Source of the DNA: Sphagnum compactum
Lineage: Eukaryota
DNA: 64,000 nucleotides
Reading direction: 5' to 3'
Assembly: GCA_965153455.1 (NCBI GenBank)
Contig: OZ234493.1
Location: 5,952,001 to 6,016,000 of the forward strand
Shown here: positions 12,108 to 25,228 of the stretch, piece after piece
Layout of the letters: the number at the start of each line of letters is the position of its first letter
How positions within the stretch are numbered: position 1 is the first letter of the stretch
Notes under the pieces: generated by a model
Told to the model about the DNA's origin: nothing
Databases searched by the model: none
What the model saw: only the letters and a program-made list of their open reading frames with translations
Translations under genes and position numbers: made by a program

Positions 12108-15100
12108 TCACATGTTGACATCCTTCCCTGTACCTGACTTGTCCCACAGCAATTCAGAGGTATTGTTATCATCTTCTGGCAGCATCACTGCAGCTCCATT
12201 TTCTGCAGCAAGTAGTGGATCAGACACACCACTCTCTTTTACCTGCTTCACCCCAATGATTCCCAAAATATCCCAGCACAGCAAATTTCAAAATCCCTCA
12301 CCAATGAGGACCCTGCTAGAGACAACTGCTATAGAGAGTGACGAAGAAAACAAAACATTTCTGATAATTTCACATGGTAAAGACTTGAGACCCCATAGAT
12401 TGCATTTTAGTGCATCTGTGCAAGGAAAACCGTAAGGATTCTGGTAAACCACGAACAAATTACCTGCAAAGATGTAGCTGTATTGTCCTGAGCCTTTTGC
12501 TGACTTTCCAGAATACAGGCATGACTATAAAGTCCCATTCCAGACAATGCAATGAGAATCCCACATACATTGCGCCAACTGAAAGGATTGTTGAGTACAA
12601 GGTATCCAAGGGCCAAAATCAGGCATGTCTTCAGATGCCCCAGTACTTGATATGTAACTGCAGATGTCTTTCCAATCACCAAAAAAGTGCTAAAGTTGAC
12701 CGAAACTGAAATCATACATGACAGTACAATGAACATCTGTCATCCACACAGACAACACCAGGCATTCGAGAAGTTGAGAATTGAGCCCAATCAGATGACA
12801 CAAAGTATTCCAGGAAACCTCAGATATTAAACCACAAAAAGGAATCCAGAACTCAAGCCACATATACCAAGAAGTTGTCTAAATGGACACAAGATGGGAA
12901 ACTCACCAAGATATAAGAAGTGTAGTCAAAAGCAAACACATTCTTTTTGGTCAAAGCAGCATCCAGAAAAGGCCCTGTGATAAACAAGGTCACTGCTTGG
13001 TATGGGCAAGACTGGTACAGCAGCTGCGTGGATGACAGCTTGAAATGCTTTTGAATTTTGTTGGTCATCTGGAAAAAGGAGCAGTTAAGAAAAGAACCCT
13101 AAAAAGAAGTCATATAGGATAAGATGAATCTGGTAGCTCATATAATGAGTATAGAGTACTCAATAGCATCAAGCCAGTAGGCCAAGGGTCACAGGAACCA
13201 CCGAATTGAAGATGTTGCCCATGATAACAAATATAGCTAAGATGGAAGTCACCAAAATGGTCACACAATGTGTGGAATCTTAGGGGCTATTGGGTCCTTT
13301 GGAAAAAACCAGGTGAGCACATTGCCTCTATTAAAATGTGTACCATCAGAAAAAAAAAGAGGACACTAAGAGTGCTTGCTCAGGAAACCCTGGTATCCTT
13401 CATCCTCTAAGGCTACATAAGAAAGGATACAATTTGTGCCACACATGTAGTCATGACAGCTAATATAGCAACAATGGAGCCCAGCACATTAAGTTGCAAA
13501 TCAGTGACAGTTGCAATACCCACACCCACCAATAGTGTCATAAGTGAGAGCTGAATTCTTTGGCTGCAACAAGACAGTTCATTAAGCACTGTACTGCAAG
13601 GACATACAACTGAAATCTATGGATCAGCAGGGTTGTCAATTTATTTCACCTTAGTGGTTTGCTAATTTTTGTCCAAAGTGTGAGAGCCAAGTGATAGACC
13701 ATACAGAAGACTTAGTGACAATGTCAGCTAGCAGTCCAGAGAAATAGCTAATAAAAAGCCAACAGTATCCTCTCAAGCTGCAACAAGATTGTAAGGGTAA
13801 GCTTCATTTCATTATAGCTTGCCCCTGTACAAGCAAAAAATAAGCAAGAAATTTCAAAGGAGAGTGTATCTTTGCAGCCATCAAAATCCAAGGGGTTCAA
13901 CAGATTGCAACATCATAATGTGGCTCAAGGAAGCCGTCCCTTGAAATCTTAGACCCCACTTGAAAAGATCGATGAAGTTGCAGAGAAATCTCCACAACAA
14001 CAATTAAAGGTAACACGACAATGAGTGCAGTCATAACCTCATGAGAGTCGCTCACAAAGTGACAGACCATCACCTTCATCACGAACGGCAGTGACGAGCT
14101 GCCATGACTACCCACTGAGTTCATCAGCTCCCAACAGTGGGTGTAGATAAGCATATAATAATCTTCCCAAAAAACTTGGGCAAACCATTATACACTATCT
14201 GCGTCCTGAGTTTCTGTTGCCTTTCCGGAAGCAATGGGAAGACTCAGACGTGATGTTGGCTAGCACTCAAGAGACATTGCTAATCAAAAAAGTCAACAGT
14301 ATCCTCATTCAAGCTGCAACAAGCTTCTGAAGGAAAGAGCTTTTATTTCATTTTAGCATGTCCCTGTATATGCAAGCATCTATGCCTAAAGGACATAGAA
14401 GCCTATATAAAGGGTAGTGGTTGGGCCCTCCTGCACCCTGAACATATCCTTTAAGACCCCACTTGAAAACTGAAAAATGGTTATGAAAAACATATGCCTG
14501 CTAATTACAGGTTCAATGCTTACAACAAACAATCCCAAAAAGCATAACTGTGAGATTGTGGACAAAACTCCACAACAAAACTTGAAGGTAACATAATGAT
14601 GAGTGCAGTCATAACCCTATGACTGTCACTCACAAAGTATTAGACCATCACCTTCATCATGAATAGCAGTGACAAGCTGCAAAAACTACCCCACTCACTT
14701 CAACAGCTCCTGATGGTGGGTGTGGATAGGTGTATAATGTCCTGCCCAAAATTTTGGGTAAACCATGTAATATAAACATTTGCATACTGAGTTTCTGTCA
14801 TATTTCCACAGGCAACAGGAAGATTCAGTCAAACAGTGCAAAAAGAGGAGCAGGGAGTGAGAGTACCTGAACTGCTTGCCAAAGAAAAAAGTTTCAAGAA
14901 ACACTGTGCAGGGAATAATTGCAAGTTTAGACATCTGCAAAATTGGTTGGCCACAGGGTTAAGGCTTACAATCAGCAACAGAGATAATTCAGTCTCTCAA
15001 GTGTGGCCTCAGGATGGGAAGAAGATAACAATCCATATCAATCATATCAATGCCTAGAACTCCAAGAAACAAATGGCTTACTCAAATGGGAGTGTGTACA

Positions 15101-15746
15101 CTGTTACCTGATAGAAACCAACAGAGTTGAAACCCAGGCATAAGTTCAGAAGGCCAATGGAAATGCCATTGAGAATGCCAAAGCCCATGATCACTGTGCG
15201 GGAGTCAAATGGCTTGTTCTCAAACAGGTGAATCCATTGTGCAACATGAAGTGAGCAAAAAGTCACTATTAAGTGCCAACTTGTCAATGTTGTTGCTGGA
15301 TGACAAGAAACAATGGCAATGGTCAGAATCCCAGCTATGACGATGTTCTTGCAGAGCATGGGATTCCAAAGTTTTTCTTTTTGTAAGTTCAGAAAGTGTT
15401 TCGGGACATGAAGACTAAAGGTATTAGGGTTTTCAAACAAGCTGCCTAGCATTGTAGCCAGTCTTCCAGAACAGAGAGCCAAATAGAACTAAAAATAAGA
15501 TCAATCTGTATTGGATCTGACCATATGGACTTTGCAGTACTAGCCGAGGAGTGTTTGTGCAACAAGATCTAAACAACGAGGAACAGCACAATTTCCACGG
15601 CAAAAGGCAGGGGAAAGGTTACCAAAAGTGAATCCGAGAGTGCTGATGAGAGCCTTGTTGCAAATGACAATTGCTACCGATGATATCACCGACAGACATA
15701 ACGCTCCCACAGTTCCCAGCTGAGAACGACCTGAAGCTTCTGCCAT
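12108..15746 (-). CDS. UXT: Nucleotide-sugar transporter, UDP-xylose transporter (UXT)-like, TPT/NST family
   Basis: Exons 15746-15623, 15295-15108, 14934-14867, 13563-13431, 13068-12907, 12736-12464 and 12242-12108, all GT-AG and phase-consistent. Motifs: GTVGALCLSVISSVAIVICNKAL, NSVGFYQMSKLAIIP, VNFSTFLVIGKTSAVTYQVLGHLKT. Confidence 0.93.
13977..14270 (-). mobile_element. Dispersed structured repeat, copy B (UXT intron 3)
   Basis: The reverse complement aligns by eye to 6340-6600 and 45335-45630. Confidence 0.8.
14560..14832 (-). mobile_element. Dispersed structured repeat, copy C (UXT intron 3)
   Basis: Similar to copy B; part of a larger ~550-bp tandem duplication in this intron. Confidence 0.8.
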
Positions 15747-15999
15747 GTCTTTCAAACTCTTCAACGCCAAAACGTTCCAAAAATCGCAATGGTCGTCTTC
15801 CTCGTCCTCTTCTTGTTCTTGTTCGTCTTGACGCAACCAGAAAAGATGTGCGGTACCGTCACTCCTTCTTCTTTGCAATACTTCGCCAAAACTTCTTGCA
15901 CTGTCTGCCTCCAAACACTATTTTCTCGCACTCGCTCCAAACAATAATTCCAGCACTTGCTCTAGGACAAATGCGATAAAACAAAAAAGGAAACCAAAC

Positions 16000-16036
16000 G
16001 AAGAAGCAGAAGAAGAAGAAGAAGAAGAAGAAGAAG
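16000..16036. repeat. (GAA)n / (TTC)n microsatellite in the UXT 5' leader
   Basis: Direct inspection. Confidence 0.9.
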
Positions 16037-16925
16037 CAGCCTGGAGCTCACATACGCAGAAAGGGAAGCAAAGTGCAAGGAAACAAGAAGACAGCAAAGA
16101 AAACCAAAGAAAACACTTTCTTCGTGAAAAAAACGATGCAATGCTCCAGCGGCAATAGGTACCCCGGGAGTAAAACACGCGCAGTAGTAGTGGAACGTGC
16201 TTCGCGTTCACCTCCGGTACAACCAAAAACAAAAAGAAAAACCGGAAATCAAAGAATACATAATAACGTGCAAGCAGACTGCCAGCGGATCTAGAACGCA
16301 GCAGCAGTAGACGTGGTAATTACTACTAGAACCGCAGCAGACGTCGTAGCACGATGTGCAACAAACGTGGGAAGCAGCAGCGAGGCACGGGCCCATGCAA
16401 AAACACTCGCCGTTGCGCAGCAACCAGAAGACATTGCAAGGGGGGGGCCTTTTACATATCCTCCGGTTCTAAATAGGACCGGGTTTCTATGTTCGCACTT
16501 CGGCTGCTCCTGCTCCGGCGGGCATATATATCCACCCCCAAAGGTTTGAGGCGGGGAGACCTATGATTCAATAAGTAGGTGTCCTGAATATTCTCAAAAG
16601 GAGGGCCTATGTGTAGGCTAACGCCTGAGACATTAATGGAATAAGGGCCTGTGAGAGGTTGCTGGCTGGTACCTTCCGCTGGTGAGAAGATCCCGCTTGC
16701 TGAAAACAGGTTTCTTCGGGCAAGCAAGGGAGCTGAAAATACAAAGGAAAAATCCAGGCAGTGCTTTACGTAGGCATAATACCCAATCCTAATTTATAGT
16801 TTTTACTCGAACCTTGGCCCAGGTAAAGAAAGTGGGGGGTAAAAATGCTTCATTATGTGGGACCGATAAGCATAAGAGGCAACAATACAATCAATAATTG
16901 ACGATTTTGTGAAGCGCAAACATCA

Positions 16926-16982
16926 AACCCTAAGCTAATTATTAGTGAGTTCGGACTAAGCCCTAAAACCCCGAAACCCTAA
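16926..16982 (+). promoter_or_regulatory. Telo-box motifs (AAACCCTAA) upstream of RPS12
   Basis: AAACCCTAA at ~16926 and ~16974. Telo-boxes are typical of plant ribosomal-protein promoters. Confidence 0.65.
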
Positions 16983-17173
16983 AACCAACCCACCCGCACA
17001 CGAGTGCTTCGTTTCGTCACCCGCCGTTGCGCAGCCGCATCTCGCCGCACAGCCGCATCTCGTCGCAGCCCCGACAGTGGTGCGCGTTTCCGCGACTCCA
17101 GTGTCCTCTTCTCGTCCTCCTCTGCAATAGCTCCTCCTTGGTCACAAAGGTCGAGTTCCGAGTCTTGATACTA

Positions 17174-18462
17174 ATGGCGGATGGGTATGTATGTTGCTTC
17201 CTTCTTGCGTTCTGTGGCACTTACAGGGCAGAAATTAGGCTTTGTGTATATGCTATTAATCTTCAGATGAGATTGGAAGAGTGGAGTATCTGAATTTTGT
17301 TGGAATTCGGAGAACCTCATGTTTGTGTTCTATTGTGGCAAAAAATCTTTTTGAGTGCTGTTGAAGAAGCTCATCTTTTTTTATGTGGCTAACATTTTTT
17401 TTGACTTGAAATGCTGCTGCAGAGAGGAGCCTGTTGCAGATGTTTCAGCCGAGAAGCCAGCAGTTGCGGCTGAGCCTGTATTGGGAGAGCCCATGGATAT
17501 CTTGACTGGTCTGCAACTTGTGTTGAAGAAGTCCTTGGCCCATGATGGGCTTGCAAGGGGCCTTCACGAGGCTGCAAAGGCTATTGAGAAGCATGCTGCT
17601 CAGCTGTGTGTCTTGGCTGAGGATTGCAACCAGCCAGATTACTCTAAGCTGGTCCAAGCGCTCTGCTCAGAGCACAATGTCAACCTCATCTCTGTGCCCA
17701 GTGCTAAGAAGCTAGGAGAGTGGGTTGGGGTAAGCGTCTTTAATTTTGCATGGCATTTTCGGTTTCTGGAAGCCTACATCCTGTTGAGAAATTTTGCAAC
17801 TTACTTGTCTCGTCATTGAAGAAGAAGAAGGGAACTCATAGTCGAGGATGATGGTTGTTTCTGGGAGTAGAAAAATGCCAGAGAAACATGTGGAGTAGAA
17901 ATAATTATTGTTGCTGAGTAGTATTGGAGGAGACTGTTTTTGAAATAGAGAAGGTAACAAGGGATTGGGGTTACAGTGGGAGTCCTGTGACAGAGTTGTC
18001 ATCCCTTGGTTTGTATATGTAGAAAATGGAACCTCAATTGTGTTGTGGATAATGTGCAGCTTTGCAAGATTGATTCAGAGGGCAAGGCTCGCAAGGTGGT
18101 GGGCTGTTCTTGTGTAGTTGTGAAGGTATGAATTTCTCTGACATGGTTTGACAGTCATCCATCTGTGTTGGTAACACTAGCTCGCTTTAAAAGTGTGGAA
18201 TCTTTTTCCCCCTATTTTTTAAGAGCTTGTCATGCTTTTTGTGTTCATTGATTTCTGGTCTTAATATTGGATTCTGTTCAGGGAACAGTATCACAGGATA
18301 AGAAAAGTGATTCATCAGGTTATGAGAATATTGTTTGTAGCTGGCACTCATGATTCACATTATGAATTGGCCATACTTGCTGGTTAATTGACTTGTTGTC
18401 AGGACTATGGTGAGGAGACGGAAGGACTGAATGTCGTTCAGGAATATGTCAAGAGCCATTGA
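17174..18462 (+). CDS. RPS12: Cytosolic 40S ribosomal protein S12 (eS12)
   Basis: Exons 17174-17184, 17423-17729, 18060-18125 and 18403-18462. Motifs: [59 protein letters not shown]. Confidence 0.97.
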
Positions 18463-20433
18463 GACAGCGTGTTCCTAGCGTGGGATTTTTTTTAAGCCTA
18501 ATTTGGTTTTGAAAGGTGTATTCATGAATCTACAATGTTGACCTGTTTTTTCATTTCTACTCACATCCAGACTTTTGGATTTGGTGAGGTCGAACAGTAT
18601 GGCACATTTTTTTAGTAAGTTCAAGAGGTTTTTGAATCAAAGCTGAGGGCCAATACAGCAAGAGGGATTTATGTACACTATCTGTCCCATTGCTGAAATT
18701 CATTGGCAAGTGATCAACTAGTGGTTGATCTCATCTTTATGCATGCATGTGAAGTTGAATTGGTCTTCATTTTGAGTCAGCAAATTCCTCTGTGGCTTCT
18801 GGTGTTTTGTTAGCTTATATTGACTCATCTGCTAAAACTCACAGCTATCAATTTGCTGAACAAGATGTGACATAGATGTGATGATGTAACCTGAGACAGC
18901 ATTGCCTTCCAGAAGTTGAACAGAAACTCTAAATTTGAATTTTTGTGTGTTTGTTTGACTAAAGTTTTGAGCAGATTACTCTGTATGCACTTGAAGAAGC
19001 TGATGTTGCCAGTCGGGTTGTAATGTTAGCTAGTCACCACAATTCCTGGTGATGGTTTGGTTCCACAATTCCACAGTTATATCCATATTTGCAAGAAGCT
19101 ATGACTCATTTGTCATGTTTATTTTAGTTTTGGTGGAAGTGAGTTTTACTTCAAAGTGATACTGTGAGGTTTCCACAACATCTCACAGATATGTGACATG
19201 ACAAAGAGTTATGCACTTGGAGTTTGGCAGTGGACAAATTGTCATAACAATGTGAAACCAAAGGGTGACACTTGAACATAAGCATTGTACAAATGGTTGG
19301 ACATGTGATATAAGTAGTGATAACATCATTTATTGAGCGAAATTACTTAGTACCTGGAAAAATCCCCATCTTGCCCAGATTTACATCAAACTGGTTTTTT
19401 CACCATCTTTAGATCTTTGGTTGTCTGGCATCGGTGTTTTCTTTTAGCAATTTTGTGATTGTAGCCAAAGTTGCAAATGTCCAAAAACAGATTCTGCATG
19501 GATTGGCAACACAATTTGTGGAAAATTGCCAAAACAGTAGCCAGTTTTCATAAATGTTGTCACACTCAACCAAAGCAAAAAAAAGCCCTTGAAATCTGTT
19601 GAATATTTTCTTTGAAAAAAAGTTGTGACAGAATATTCCATTAAAAAGAAGTGTACCCTCCGTGCATAAATTTGCCACAAAAAACAACATGTTATCACAC
19701 CTGCACGTTTGGTGTGAATTTTGAAATACATGAGTTAAAGGCAAATCAATATGTTAAAACCAACAATGGTGAAATGCTTGGTGATAAAAGTAATCATCTT
19801 TTCAACCAAGTCATCAAGAAAATTATTCTGAACAAAGGGTATTTCAAGAACTCTATTCCATATTTTGCCTGATCAAGGCAACCTCAGAAAGATCAGACCT
19901 TACCCTACGATTCCACTGGAACACAGCATGCCATAACCATTTCTAGTTCAGTAATTGTAAAGCCCTATTCTATCTATAGCTTGACCAAGGCGATCTCTAC
20001 AAGATCCACTTACTCTATACTTCCAAAAACCCCAGATGCCATAAACATTCCATGTACCATGGTAGTTCAGTTTTATATCAGAGAGAAACATCAACCTGTT
20101 GCCAACTGCAAATGCATTTATGCCAGCAGGAACTTTGTGAGTAGGATGTTCACTGCCCTGCTGTGGTTCAGGAAAGAATTAAGGATCACCAGGAAGTGCA
20201 TGAGCATTCTAATCTTGTTCTTGCAAGTCAAAATCACCAATCAACCTAAAATATAGCTAGCAAGCTCAGATATTCACAGTTGCACTTATTCTCACCATGG
20301 GACTGTATAGATACTTTGTGCGTAGGTCAAATTTTGTCAATCGCATCTTCCATCTCAGAAAATAGAACACATCAGATTCCAAGGTTCATTGATCAGCCAT
20401 TGAATTCTAGGATTGTTCTCATATCTATGAGAA

Positions 20434-20660
20434 GTGCAAAGAAACCCCACAATAACACTTTAAAGATAACCATTGGGTCAATTCCAGGAAACCAAAACCA
20501 CCACAACATGGATGACTGACGTCATAACCTTATGATTGTCACTCACAAAGTATCAAATCATTACCTGGACAAAGAATAGCAGTGACTAGCTGCCATGACT
20601 CTCCACCTGACTTCATCAGCTTCTCACAGTGGATGTAGACGAGTATATAACATTGTCCTC
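20434..20660 (-). mobile_element. Dispersed structured repeat, copy D (just 3' of the gene 4 stop)
   Basis: The minus strand reads TCCACTG..GCTGATGAAGTCAGGTGGA GAGTCATGGCAGCTAGTCACTGC..ACTTTGTGAGTGAC..AGGTTATGAC. Confidence 0.75.
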
Positions 20661-20825
20661 ACTAAAAGAAATTCCAAGATGGATTCTCTACCAACATGGT
20701 CAACTTTTCAAGGAGATACACATTTCCAACTTACTCTTGTTTTCTTTCTTTATCATTGGCACTGCTATTCATGTCAAAAGCAGGACCAGGACAAACATAA
20801 TAGAACACTTAGAAATTTATTGATT

Positions 20826-22836
20826 TTACACATTGGCATAATCTCCTACTCGCAATCCAACAACCATCCAACAATCCTTGAAGGCCCCACTTTGAACCTG
20901 CAAGAATATCCAACCAATGCAAAACTTTGTTCTCATTCTCCATTGTCAAGCTTCTAACCCTGCAGGTTGGGTCCAAATTTTCTGTACTTCCTAAATGATC
21001 ATGCTGTTGTATGTTTTTGGATGGTCATGAGGTTCAAACATGATCTTGCATGCCCAGAGTACACAAAAATGTTACTAGATCATGGAGGATCACCAAAAGA
21101 TATTGTTAATAGCACTTGCAAATGAGCAACTTCATGAGGAACTTTACCTTCTCAAGACAAAATGTGAAAACCCTGCTCAGTACATCCCCTTGCTCTGAAT
21201 GAGATGCCACTCTCACAGCCTGCAACCCCCTTTTATCTTGTGGTCCATGGAATATGAGTGGAGATGCAATCTGATGAAAAGCCCATTAATCCAATATCAG
21301 GGAACAATGCATCCTCACTGTCATTATGTTTTCCATCAGGAATGTCAAACAACATGCTGTTCAGTGCAGGAAAAAACTGCAATACTTTGCTCATGGAGAG
21401 AAAAGAAGTACCTCCCACTGTGAACAATTGATCAGGGGTGAATACATGGGTTGCCTGAGAACATTGCCAAATTCCTCCAGGCTTAGATATCTCTCTGCTG
21501 CATCCCAAGCCCTTGCAGCATTTATGGTTCCTCTCACCTGCACTGAAAAAGACTTCCTTTTAACCACAGCTGAAGTTGCATTGCAAAGACTTAAACACGG
21601 GGTTAAGTGTTTCTTGGAACCCAAGACAATACTTTAAAACCCTTGAGATTAAAAAACCCTCATGAAAGCTTCAATCCTCAACCCGAATAGAGATGTGTTA
21701 TATCTACCATGGTTAAGCAGTAACTAAGTGCCAGACAGATGGACTCTTGTTCGTCAAGAATGTGATTCCCATACCTGACCAGCAAGTATCTCATCAACAC
21801 GGGCAGGCATGGCAAAGGCAAATGCAGTTTTGATACCACTGTTCTCCTCAGGCCAGTCATTCCGCATCAACGCATCCATCTAAAGGAAAACCAAGAAAGG
21901 ATATGGTTATCAAGATTCTCAGTCATATGATAAGCAACATTCTAAACAAACCTATCATTGGGATATCATACAGTAGGCAGAATGCTATGGAAAACTGATC
22001 TATATGCTCCCAAACTGCTGCAAAATTGAGTTCCTCAAGGATTGAAGATTTTAAGCTTGGCCTTGTTGCAAACTGATGACATAACCTAATTTACTTCTTG
22101 AACCACGAAACATGTGCAATAGAATGACTACGTGCATTGTGCATCTTATTCTTGGTGAAACACCAAACCCTAAATTCGGAACATTGCCCTTTCTTCACCT
22201 GATATTAAATGCCAGGAAAACGAATCCTACATTCTGAAACCCTAATCCCAGAGAAGTCAGGTAGGAGAGAGAGATTGTGTGTGTGGGTGTGTGGGTGTGT
22301 GTAGGGCCAACATCAAAACCTGAACCCTAACAACAGTGGTTGGGGGCATCAGTGCAGTCGGATTCCGTCCCTCCAATGGCCATAGCTGCTTGGTCGTATT
22401 CACGTACTGCATAAACTCCGCCAGCATTGAATCCCCCGTCCTCGCCCCTTCCTCGCTACTACTTCCTTCTTCTTCTTCATCGTCACAACCCGCATTACCC
22501 CCTGGAAACCGTCAGCAACGAACTCACAGTGTGCACACACCTCGCGGCAAAAATAATTCAGAAAAAATTAAAAATTAAAAATTTAATCTTCCAAATGATG
22601 AAAAGGGGGAGAGAGGGAGAACCACAGCCAGCCAGTGCGAGCACGTGAGACCGAAGCCGTTGCCGCTGAATTGCTCTAACTTTGCGAAAACTGGACGAAA
22701 AACAAAAAGAAAAAAGCGCAATCGGACTACTACAGCTGCTACAGCTTCTGGAAGAAGCAAATAAGGGAGATTCCGAGCTCAATTTCCATGCGAATTTCGA
22801 AGCAACAGAGCAAGAGCAGGCCATTGCCTGCGCCAT
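20826..22836 (-). CDS. Uncharacterised, probably plastid-targeted protein (DUF4864/NTF2-like fold suspected)
   Basis: Exons 22836-22623 (donor uncertain), 22501-22320, 21879-21775, 21537-21412, 21270-21148 and 20897-20826. Ser/Ala/Arg-rich N-terminus; core PTTVVRVQMDALMRNDWPEENSGIKTAFAF...YSPLINC..W...FTFCLEK...GAFKDCWMVVG. Confidence 0.8.
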
Positions 22837-24267
22837 AGCTGCGACCAAAAACAAAGAAGCAACAATTGACGCTGCACAAGCTCCATCAAACGCAGTTTCC
22901 TTCTTGGGATCGTGACGGTCCAGATCTCGCATCCAGATCTTCTCAACGCTCCAGATCGTCCACCCAAACCCTAATCTCAAGTAGGTAAATAAATATCTTA
23001 TCCAAAGATGAAATTCTAATCGGACGGTCAAAAGCTTCCTATCGCAGAACTTCTCAACCCAATGGACGGTCATGACTTTCCCTCTAATCGCAAACGGTCA
23101 AGCTCTAGAATCTCCGACTGCGTCTATTCACATTTTACGAATTCGGTGAATAATGAACGGCTCAGATTTAGGGCAAATCACAATTGGACGGTCAAAAAAC
23201 ACAGTCAGAAACCGACCTGTTCTTTACGGGGAAATTTCTGCCTACGTTATTTTCTTAAGGTAAATCGACCGCTGTAAACCGACGGCCGAGATCCATGAGA
23301 TTAGAAGATTGGATGGTCGGATATATTCGCCTGATTTGTGAATTTGTAATCGATATTTTTGAATTTTCCATTTTTTATCATTAACGAATTTTGAAAAAAA
23401 TTGGTTCAATTTTTATCAATTTTTACACATTGCACCTTTTTTTTTTCCCTGAGTAATTAGTCCCACTTTTTCTTTACTTTTTCCCCATGGGTTATTTACC
23501 CTTGAAGTAAACTATGGTAAATGTTTCACCATTAAAATAAATTTGGATTACTTTGGATTTTCATATGGATATTAAGTTCCCTTTTAAGTATAGTATTGTA
23601 AATTTTCTTAATTTTAAATTTTAAATAATGGTGCTTCTTATTTATTCCCATTGGATTATTACCCATGGACAAATATATAATTGTTATAATATTAATCAAT
23701 TGACGAACGTCATTGGACTAATTGCTTTTTTGTATGTTCCTTGGGAAAAACCAATTATTAAATTTGGGCGTCATGTTGCTTTGCACTATCAATGACAATG
23801 ATTTTTTAAAAAATTGTGGACATAATAATTTTGTTTGTAATCAATTTTTATCTTTTCAAAAAATAAAAGTTTATAAATTTCATTATATGTCATTTTGTTT
23901 CATTAAAAAAAAAATTCATTTTTGATTTGGTAGGCAAAATGTCAATGGAAGTTCAATTCATTAAATAAGTTCACAACAAAATACAAATAGACAAAAAGAT
24001 TAAGAACATTGAAAGGGTGTAAAATAAATAATAGGATACAAATAGTCGATAACATTGCAAAGGTGCAAAACAGACAACAAGAAACAATTCTAAAATGAAA
24101 TTTGATTTATAACGAATTATAATCCAAAATGACTTTGGAATTGTTAAACATTTTTCTTTTTTTAACTTAAATGTAGCAAGGGATTATTCCTTAAAACAAT
24201 TAGTGAAATGGGTTCACACTTGTTAAGCACGTGGTTAAATACATGTTGAGTATTTTGCACAAAGGAT

Positions 24268-25216
24268 TGTAATGGAAAATGGGGTTACCCTAACTTCTGA
24301 GCGCCCACTGATCAGGGAGCCTAATTGACGTTTCTTTGAGCCGTTTTGTGTCTCTGACGGCCGCCTTTGCATTACATCTGCATGGGTTGCACCTTGGTCG
24401 AGGATCTGTGACGGCTGACTGAATGGGCATGGAGTCTGTATGGCGGCTCCGAATTATGATGAAGGATCGTGCTGCATTTATGAAGGATGGCGGTTTGGAA
24501 GCGTAAGGAGGAAGCCAAGGCGATTGGGAAGGAAGATCGAACCAAATAGAAGAGAGGCGAGGATTTTTGGGGGTCTGATGTAAGAGATATTCTGTCTGCA
24601 GAAGAATGGAGCGATGGTTAGGAAAGGATAGTGTGTAGAGGTCAGTGAAGTAGGATAGGAGCTGTGCAAATTCGGTCTCTTTTTGGAGCAGAAGCATCTG
24701 TCTGCGTAGGAAGCCGACGATGTTGAGAGAAGGCAAGTAGAGTCGGACAGAAGGAAAGGAGAAGATTCGATAGCTCGGTAGCAAGGAGTTGGTAGCCATG
24801 ATCGTGATCTTCCGCTGCGTCTGATGTATGGCTAAGCTCGTTGCTACAGGAGTTCCTAGGAGAGAGTGTGTGTGTTTTAAGGAATGATCAGACCCTCTGG
24901 TTGTGAGGAGTTGAAGTTCGAGGGCAATGCTTGTGCTCTCGGACTATGTATATAATTTGATAATGAGAATCCGGGTATTTTCTTGAGTACATTCATCTGT
25001 GAGGCATGATCAGAGTCGCATCTCGTGTCGAGTCTTGTGTTGCTGAGTCTGTTGCAACTCGGATCGAGCTGGATCGGAGATCGGGCAGGTAGGCCGTTCC
25101 CAGATAGGATGGGATAAGTGTACATGGATGTGAATCGGACTGTAAGAATGTGAGTACCCAGGGTCTGAGGGGGGGTGCAGCGCATCGGGCTGTAGGTTTC
25201 TTGGACCCGCTCTTTT
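24268..25216 (+). repeat. 5' LTR (lacks terminal TTACA)
   Basis: Starts TGTAATGG and matches 31431-32388. Ends ...CGCTCTTTT directly followed by the PBS. TATA-like TATATAA at ~24949. Confidence 0.93.
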
Positions 25217-25228
25217 TGGTATCAGAGC
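25217..25228 (+). other. Primer binding site complementary to the tRNA-iMet 3' end
   Basis: TGGTATCAGAGC, the canonical plant iMet PBS. Confidence 0.92.

Noticed and set aside
14060-14090. C/D-box snoRNA reading of the structured repeat (GTGATGA)
   Set aside because: A downstream box D (CTGA) is not conserved among copies and no terminal stem is evident.
14110-14215. Hammerhead ribozyme in the structured repeat (CTGATGA and GAAAC present)
   Set aside because: Could not build stems II and III linking CUGAUGA, GAAA and an NUH site, and CTGATGA is mutated in copies C and E.
18876-19003. Possible C/D snoRNA downstream of RPS12 (GTGATGA ... CTGA)
   Set aside because: No convincing terminal stem or recognisable rRNA guide.
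21233-21378. Alternative exon FFPALNSMLFD... in gene 4
   Set aside because: It ends in a stop; the acceptor at 21271 gives a continuous, phase-consistent protein instead.
24290-24799. 169-aa antisense ORF in both LTRs
   Set aside because: No recognisable motif; Leu/Ser/Pro bias is expected from the purine-rich plus strand, and its duplication is just LTR identity.
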